Below, in pieces: positions 60,496 to 64,000 of a DNA stretch of 64,000 nt (position 1 is the stretch's first letter; every line of letters starts with the position of its first letter). Source of the DNA: Chloroflexota bacterium (GTDB lineage: Bacteria > Chloroflexota > Limnocylindria > Limnocylindrales > CSP1-4); assembly GCA_021785175.1 (NCBI GenBank), contig JAJYGH010000068.1, positions 137 through 64,136 of the forward strand. Reading direction: 5' to 3'. The translations under genes and the position numbers were made by a program. Below the pieces are notes generated by a model. The model did no database searches. It had not been told where the DNA came from and worked only from the letters and a program-made list of their open reading frames with translations.

Positions 60496-61574
60496 ACGTA
60501 GAAGTGATCCACCAGCTCGCTGAGAAGCCCGCTGACGTACCGGACGGTGCCGATCGCGTGCGGGTATGGCATGCGCGTGGGCCCGAGCACCCCGACGAGC
60601 CCGACCGCGCGGCCGGGCCGGCCGTACGAGGACACGACGAGGCTCACGTCCCGCATCTCCTCGACCTCGTTCTCGCTCCCGATGAAGACCTGGACGCCCG
60701 CATGGCCCGCCACCCGACGGACGAGCCGCCCGAGGTACTCACGGTCCTGCAGGACGCCGAACACGCGTCGCACCTTCTCGGATTCCGCGAATTCCGGTGC
60801 CGCCAGCACGTTCAGCAGGCCCTCGCTCACCATGTCCTCGACCGCGGCGGCATCGAACTCGCGCATCACCAGGAGCGCTCGCGCCGCGCCCATCCGGACG
60901 ACCCGCTCGGTCGCGCCGTCGGCGGCCTCGTCGGCTCGCGCCTCCATCGTCGACACGGTCCGCTCGACCTGCCGCGTCGTCCGCCCGGCGAGGAGCTCGT
61001 TCAGGCGGCGTGCCGCCGTGTCCAGGACCTCCTGCGACGACGACTCGCCCACCTGGAGCAGACACTGCTTGACCTGTCCTTCCGCGAGGACGAGGACGAG
61101 GGCGGCGATCCGGTCGCCGGCCTGCACGAGGTCGAGCCGGCGCAGCCGTGCCGTCGCGGGCTTGGCGGGCGTCGCGAGCCCGGCTTCCCGCGTCACCTTC
61201 GCGAGCGTCGCCGCGGCCAGCCGGAACCACTGCTCCGACGTGAACTCGACCTGCCCGAACTGGTGCCGGATCATCAGCTGCTCGACCGGCGCGAGCGTCA
61301 GTCCGTCGGCGACGGACGTGACGTACATCCGGTAGCCGGCGTCGGTCGGGGTTCGACCGGCACTGGTGTGGGGATGCGAGAGGTACCCCGCACGCTCCAG
61401 CTCGGCCATGATGTTGCGTACGGTGGCCGAGCTTATGTCCAGCCCGTGTCGTTCCACGAGCGCGTGGCTGCCGACGGGTGTGGCAGTCACGACGTATTCC
61501 TCGATGATGGTCTGCAGGATCGCCAGGGCCCGGGTGTCAAGCGGGCCCGGATCGCGGTCCTTGCGACGCGCCAC
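60492..61574 (-). CDS. hrcA: heat-inducible transcription repressor HrcA
   Basis: GTG start. LDTRALAILQTIIEEYVVTATPVGSHALVERHGLDISSATVRNIMAELERAGYLSHPHTSAGRTPTD. Confidence 0.93.
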   Translation of the reverse strand: MARRKDRDPGPLDTRALAILQTIIEEYVVTATPVGSHALVERHGLDISSATVRNIMAELERAGYLSHPHTSAGRTPTDAGYRMYVTSVADGLTLAPVEQLMIRHQFGQVEFTSEQWFRLAAATLAKVTREAGLATPAKPATARLRRLDLVQAGDRIAALVLVLAEGQVKQCLLQVGESSSQEVLDTAARRLNELLAGRTTRQVERTVSTMEARADEAADGATERVVRMGAARALLVMREFDAAAVEDMVSEGLLNVLAAPEFAESEKVRRVFGVLQDREYLGRLVRRVAGHAGVQVFIGSENEVEEMRDVSLVVSSYGRPGRAVGLVGVLGPTRMPYPHAIGTVRYVSGLLSELVDHFYV

Positions 61575-61619
61575 GACGTGTTCCTCTGTCCGCCGCCGGT
61601 CTCCCCGGCCGCCTGATCG

Positions 61620-61646
61620 TTAGCACTCTGGCCTTCTGAGTGCTAA
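61620..61646. promoter_or_regulatory. CIRCE operator (HrcA binding site)
   Basis: ttagcactc-tggccttct-gagtgctaa is a perfect match to TTAGCACTC-N9-GAGTGCTAA. It lies 46 nt upstream of the hrcA start. Confidence 0.92.
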
Positions 61647-61656
61647 CCGTGGGCCG

Positions 61657-61685
61657 ATGGTACAGGCGCGCTGCGGCGGTGTCAA
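61657..61685 (-). promoter_or_regulatory. sigma-A-like promoter of hrcA-grpE-dnaK
   Basis: The minus strand reads TTGACA (61685-61680), a 17-nt spacer, then TACCAT (61662-61657). CIRCE starts about 5 nt downstream of the predicted TSS. Confidence 0.6.
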
Positions 61686-61716
61686 CGCCGTGTCAACGCC
61701 GTGTGGTGTCAACGCC
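61680..61716. repeat. three direct copies of tgtcaacgcc (on the minus strand, GGCGTTGACA)
   Basis: Copies at 61680-61689, 61691-61700 and 61707-16. The promoter-proximal copy supplies the -35 box. Confidence 0.8.
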
Positions 61717-61740
61717 GCAGAAGAAGCCGCAGAAGAAGCG
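61717..61740. repeat. tandem 12-mer (2 copies)
   Basis: gcagaagaagcc followed by gcagaagaagcg. Confidence 0.7.
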
Positions 61741-61968
61741 CGCTCGTCAGCGCTGGCTGTGCGTGCCCCGTGTCGGCCCCGTCGCTCGGGCTGCTCGCGC
61801 ATGGGGTCGACGCCGATCCGGTCGGGGTGCGGAGGCCGACATCGCCGCCCCCGACAACGACCGCCTCGCGTCACCCCTCCGCTGCGTGGACGTCACGCAG
61901 GAACCGACCTGCGCCGGCTGAGCGACTACCATCGCCCTGCCACCCCCGCCCACCTGAAGGAGACCGCG

Positions 61969-62640
61969 ATGCCGGATCCCGCCGCTGCGCCGCTCGTGCG
62001 TATCGTCGTGGTGGACGACCACGAGGTCGTGCGGCAGGGGCTGGTCTCCCTGCTCGAACGACGGGAGGGGTTCCAGGTCGTCGCGCAGGCAGGGAGCGTG
62101 GCGGAGGCGATCGAGGCGGCACACCGCTACCGGCCCGACCTCATGGTCATGGACGTGCGGCTGCCGGACGGGTCCGGCGTCGAGGCAACGAGGGAGATCC
62201 GGGCCGCACTGCCGGCCACGAAGGTCATCATGCTCACGAGCTACCCCGCCGAGGACGCGGTCTTCGGCGCGATCGTCGCGGGCGCCAGCGGCTACCTCCT
62301 CAAGGGGGTCCGCGGGCGCGACATCGTGGCCGCACTCGATGCGGTCGGGCGGGGGGAGGCACTCCTGGACCCCGCCGTGACCGAGCTTGTCCTCGACCGC
62401 ATCCGGGGTATCGCGAGCGGCGGCGACCAGGACGGCCTGACGCAGCTGACGCGCCAGGAGCGGGCGATCCTGCTCGGTCTGGCCGACGGGAAGACGAACA
62501 AGGAGATCGCGGCGGAGCTGTTCCTCTCGGACAAGACGGTCAAGAACTACGTGAGCAGAATCCTCGCCAAGTTGAGCCTCCAGCGGCGGGCCCAGGCGGC
62601 GGCGTTCATGGCTCGCCACGATCTGCCGGAGGGTCGATAG
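61969..62640 (+). CDS. NarL/LuxR-family response regulator (orphan)
   Basis: RBS gaaggag. RIVVVDDHEVVRQGL...DLMVMDVRLPDGSG, followed by a LuxR HTH (LTRQERAILLGLADGKTNKEIAAELFLSDKTVKNYVSRIL). Confidence 0.9.
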   Translation: MPDPAAAPLVRIVVVDDHEVVRQGLVSLLERREGFQVVAQAGSVAEAIEAAHRYRPDLMVMDVRLPDGSGVEATREIRAALPATKVIMLTSYPAEDAVFGAIVAGASGYLLKGVRGRDIVAALDAVGRGEALLDPAVTELVLDRIRGIASGGDQDGLTQLTRQERAILLGLADGKTNKEIAAELFLSDKTVKNYVSRILAKLSLQRRAQAAAFMARHDLPEGR

Positions 62641-62805
62641 GCCCGCCGGCCAGTCCCGCCACGACAGCCCGGGAAAGACGAAGCCGGCTGGCCCGGCGGG
62701 TCAACCCGTTCTCCCGGTTTCCCGCACGGACACAGCCTCGAGATCGGGCCGGCTGCCCGATCGAGCGGCTGGACGCACCGGATGGACGCCCGTCACCCTG
62801 CACCA

Positions 62806-63123
62806 CTACGGCATTCGCGCGCCACGCAGCGTCCACCAGGCAGGATCGGTCCCGCCGGGGAATCTGGTGACGCGCCATTCGGTTCGACACGCGAGGCACC
62901 AGAGGCCGCCGAAGCGGTCACCGTCGACGGCGACATCGGAAGACATGCACGCCGGGCATGCGTGCGGTTCGGCCATCCACGCGCGATATTGGGCCTGCGT
63001 GACGTCCCCGCGCCGCTGTCCCGACGTGGGTTCGTCCGCCCCAGGCAACACGCGATGCTGGAACTGACCTGCCGCCCTGCGGGCGCGGTGGACGTGCGGA
63101 CTCAGGATGCGGTTGGTCACCAT
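62806..63123 (-). CDS. hypothetical zinc-ribbon protein
   Basis: 105 aa with paired CxxC motifs (HACPACMSSD...LWCLACRTEW). Third codon positions are mostly G/C. No family recognised. Confidence 0.45.
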   Translation of the reverse strand: MVTNRILSPHVHRARRAAGQFQHRVLPGADEPTSGQRRGDVTQAQYRAWMAEPHACPACMSSDVAVDGDRFGGLWCLACRTEWRVTRFPGGTDPAWWTLRGARMP

Positions 63124-63190
63124 GATCTCCGCAGGACGTCGACGTCCGGTGCCAGCGCCGGCTCCGGCTCGGCGGCGACTCCACCGGGCA

Positions 63191-63397
63191 CTACCACGAG
63201 CGGCTCCCGAGCACCTCGATCAGGAGGGCAAGACCGAACCCCGCGAAGATGGCGATTCGCCAGACCTGGCGCGCGGAGGAGGCGCGGGCCGCTGAGTGCG
63301 GCGTGATGCCGGGCCCTGCCGACACGCCCCCGAGCGTGTTGGGCGCCGCGGCGCTGCTGAGGACATTCGGGAACACGGTGATCCGCGGGGCCGTCAT
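63191..63397 (-). CDS. hypothetical small tail-anchored membrane protein
   Basis: ATG at 63397 is preceded by aggagggtgcc (GGAGG, 5-nt spacer). 68 aa ending in the hydrophobic stretch WRIAIFAGFGLALLIEVLG. Confidence 0.4.
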   Translation of the reverse strand: MTAPRITVFPNVLSSAAAPNTLGGVSAGPGITPHSAARASSARQVWRIAIFAGFGLALLIEVLGSRSW

Positions 63398-63640
63398 GGC
63401 ACCCTCCTGACGCTGATTGGACGCGGTCCCGCGGGGCGTGCCCGCCCGGCGCGACTCATGGGTTGCCAGGCATGAACCTGGTCGCCGCTGCCTGATCGGC
63501 CCACACGAGGGCCTCGCCGTCGCCGCGGGCCGCCCGGACATGACGCTCGGACTCGACCGCACGGCGGGCGGCCGCCCCCAGGCCGGCGAGCCCGTTCCGG
63601 GAGAGGACCGGGCGGGAGTTCATCAAGGCTCGGCCCGCGC

Positions 63641-64000
63641 TCAGCGCGCGGCACCATCGACCGCGCCGGCCGTCCGCGCCTGCACCTTGATGTGCCGCAC
63701 CTCGGCCTGCTCGACCTTGGGGATCGTGAGCGTCAGGATGCCGTTCTCGAAGTCCGCCACGGACCGCTCGGACTCGAAACGGTCGGGCAGCCGCAGGGCC
63801 CGCTCGAATGCCCCGGCATACAGCTCGCGCCGGTGATACTGGGTCCCGGCTTCCTCTTCGGCCTTGTACTCGCCGCTGATCGTGAGAGTGTCGCCGTCGA
63901 TCGCGATGTCGACCTGGTCGGGCTTCACGCCGGGTAGTGCCGCCCTGACCACGAGCGCGGCGGCGGTTTCGTAGACATCGAGCGGCAGCCAGTGCCGCGC
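63641..64000 (-). CDS. Hsp20/alpha-crystallin small heat-shock protein; the 5' end lies beyond the window
   Basis: WLPLDVYETAAALVVRAALPGVKPDQVDIAIDGDTLTISGE...ENGILTLTIPK. The reading frame is still open at 64000. Confidence 0.9.
   Translation of the reverse strand, partial: ARHWLPLDVYETAAALVVRAALPGVKPDQVDIAIDGDTLTISGEYKAEEEAGTQYHRRELYAGAFERALRLPDRFESERSVADFENGILTLTIPKVEQAEVRHIKVQARTAGAVDGAAR

Noticed and set aside
61680-61740. The short direct repeats here, and those at 27070-27091 and 27770-27808, considered as a CRISPR array or mini-array.
   Set aside because: The units are 10-15 nt with no spacers of CRISPR size, only 2-3 copies are present, and no cas genes are in the window. They are simple tandem or slippage repeats.

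Overview
High-GC (about 70-80% by hand count) bacterial chromosomal segment, densely coding and mostly on the minus strand. The gene order looks monoderm-like (hrcA-grpE-dnaK with a perfect CIRCE, rpsU-yqeY-pgpH-ybeY, pth-mfd). I found no rRNA, tRNA or CRISPR array. Contents from left to right: (1) a beta-oxidation pair (thiolase, HAD/ECH fusion) with a TetR regulator; (2) a secreted protein plus lipoprotein pair of unknown function; (3) a GDP-mannose block (PGI/PMI, PMM, ManC); (4) a SAM-cycle block (metK, ahcY, GNAT, MtnA-like, apt); (5) a very long glycerol array, glpF-dhaK-dhaL-glpK-glpA-sdhB-sdhC-sdhD-dhaM, continuing into panE, plsY and ptsI; (6) a second dha-like locus with no DhaK, in which dhaM2-dhaL2 lie divergent from a third DhaL paralog that is start/stop-overlapped with a soluble GAF-PAS histidine kinase and an OmpR-type regulator; (7) mfd-pth; (8) a decayed integrative element consisting of a frameshifted tyrosine recombinase, a second recombinase fragment, 31-bp perfect direct repeats, and a lower-GC three-gene cassette of unknown function; (9) ybeY, a 7TM-HD phosphohydrolase, yqeY and rpsU; (10) a 920-aa soluble multi-GAF/PAS kinase, an acyl-CoA ligase, a HIT protein, prmA and dnaJ; (11) a 6.2-kb block (AlkZ/YcaQ-like protein, MFS, ABC-2 exporter, TetR with a duplicated HTH) that separates dnaJ from dnaK-grpE-hrcA; (12) a NarL-type orphan regulator, two small ORFs and a partial Hsp20. 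The best candidates for new biology are the DhaL-kinase-regulator module, the truncated GlpA wired to SdhBCD-like subunits, the island cassette, and the clan-CD-like secreted protein with its PepSY-like lipoprotein. Every family assignment comes from reading the motifs by eye. No database search was run.
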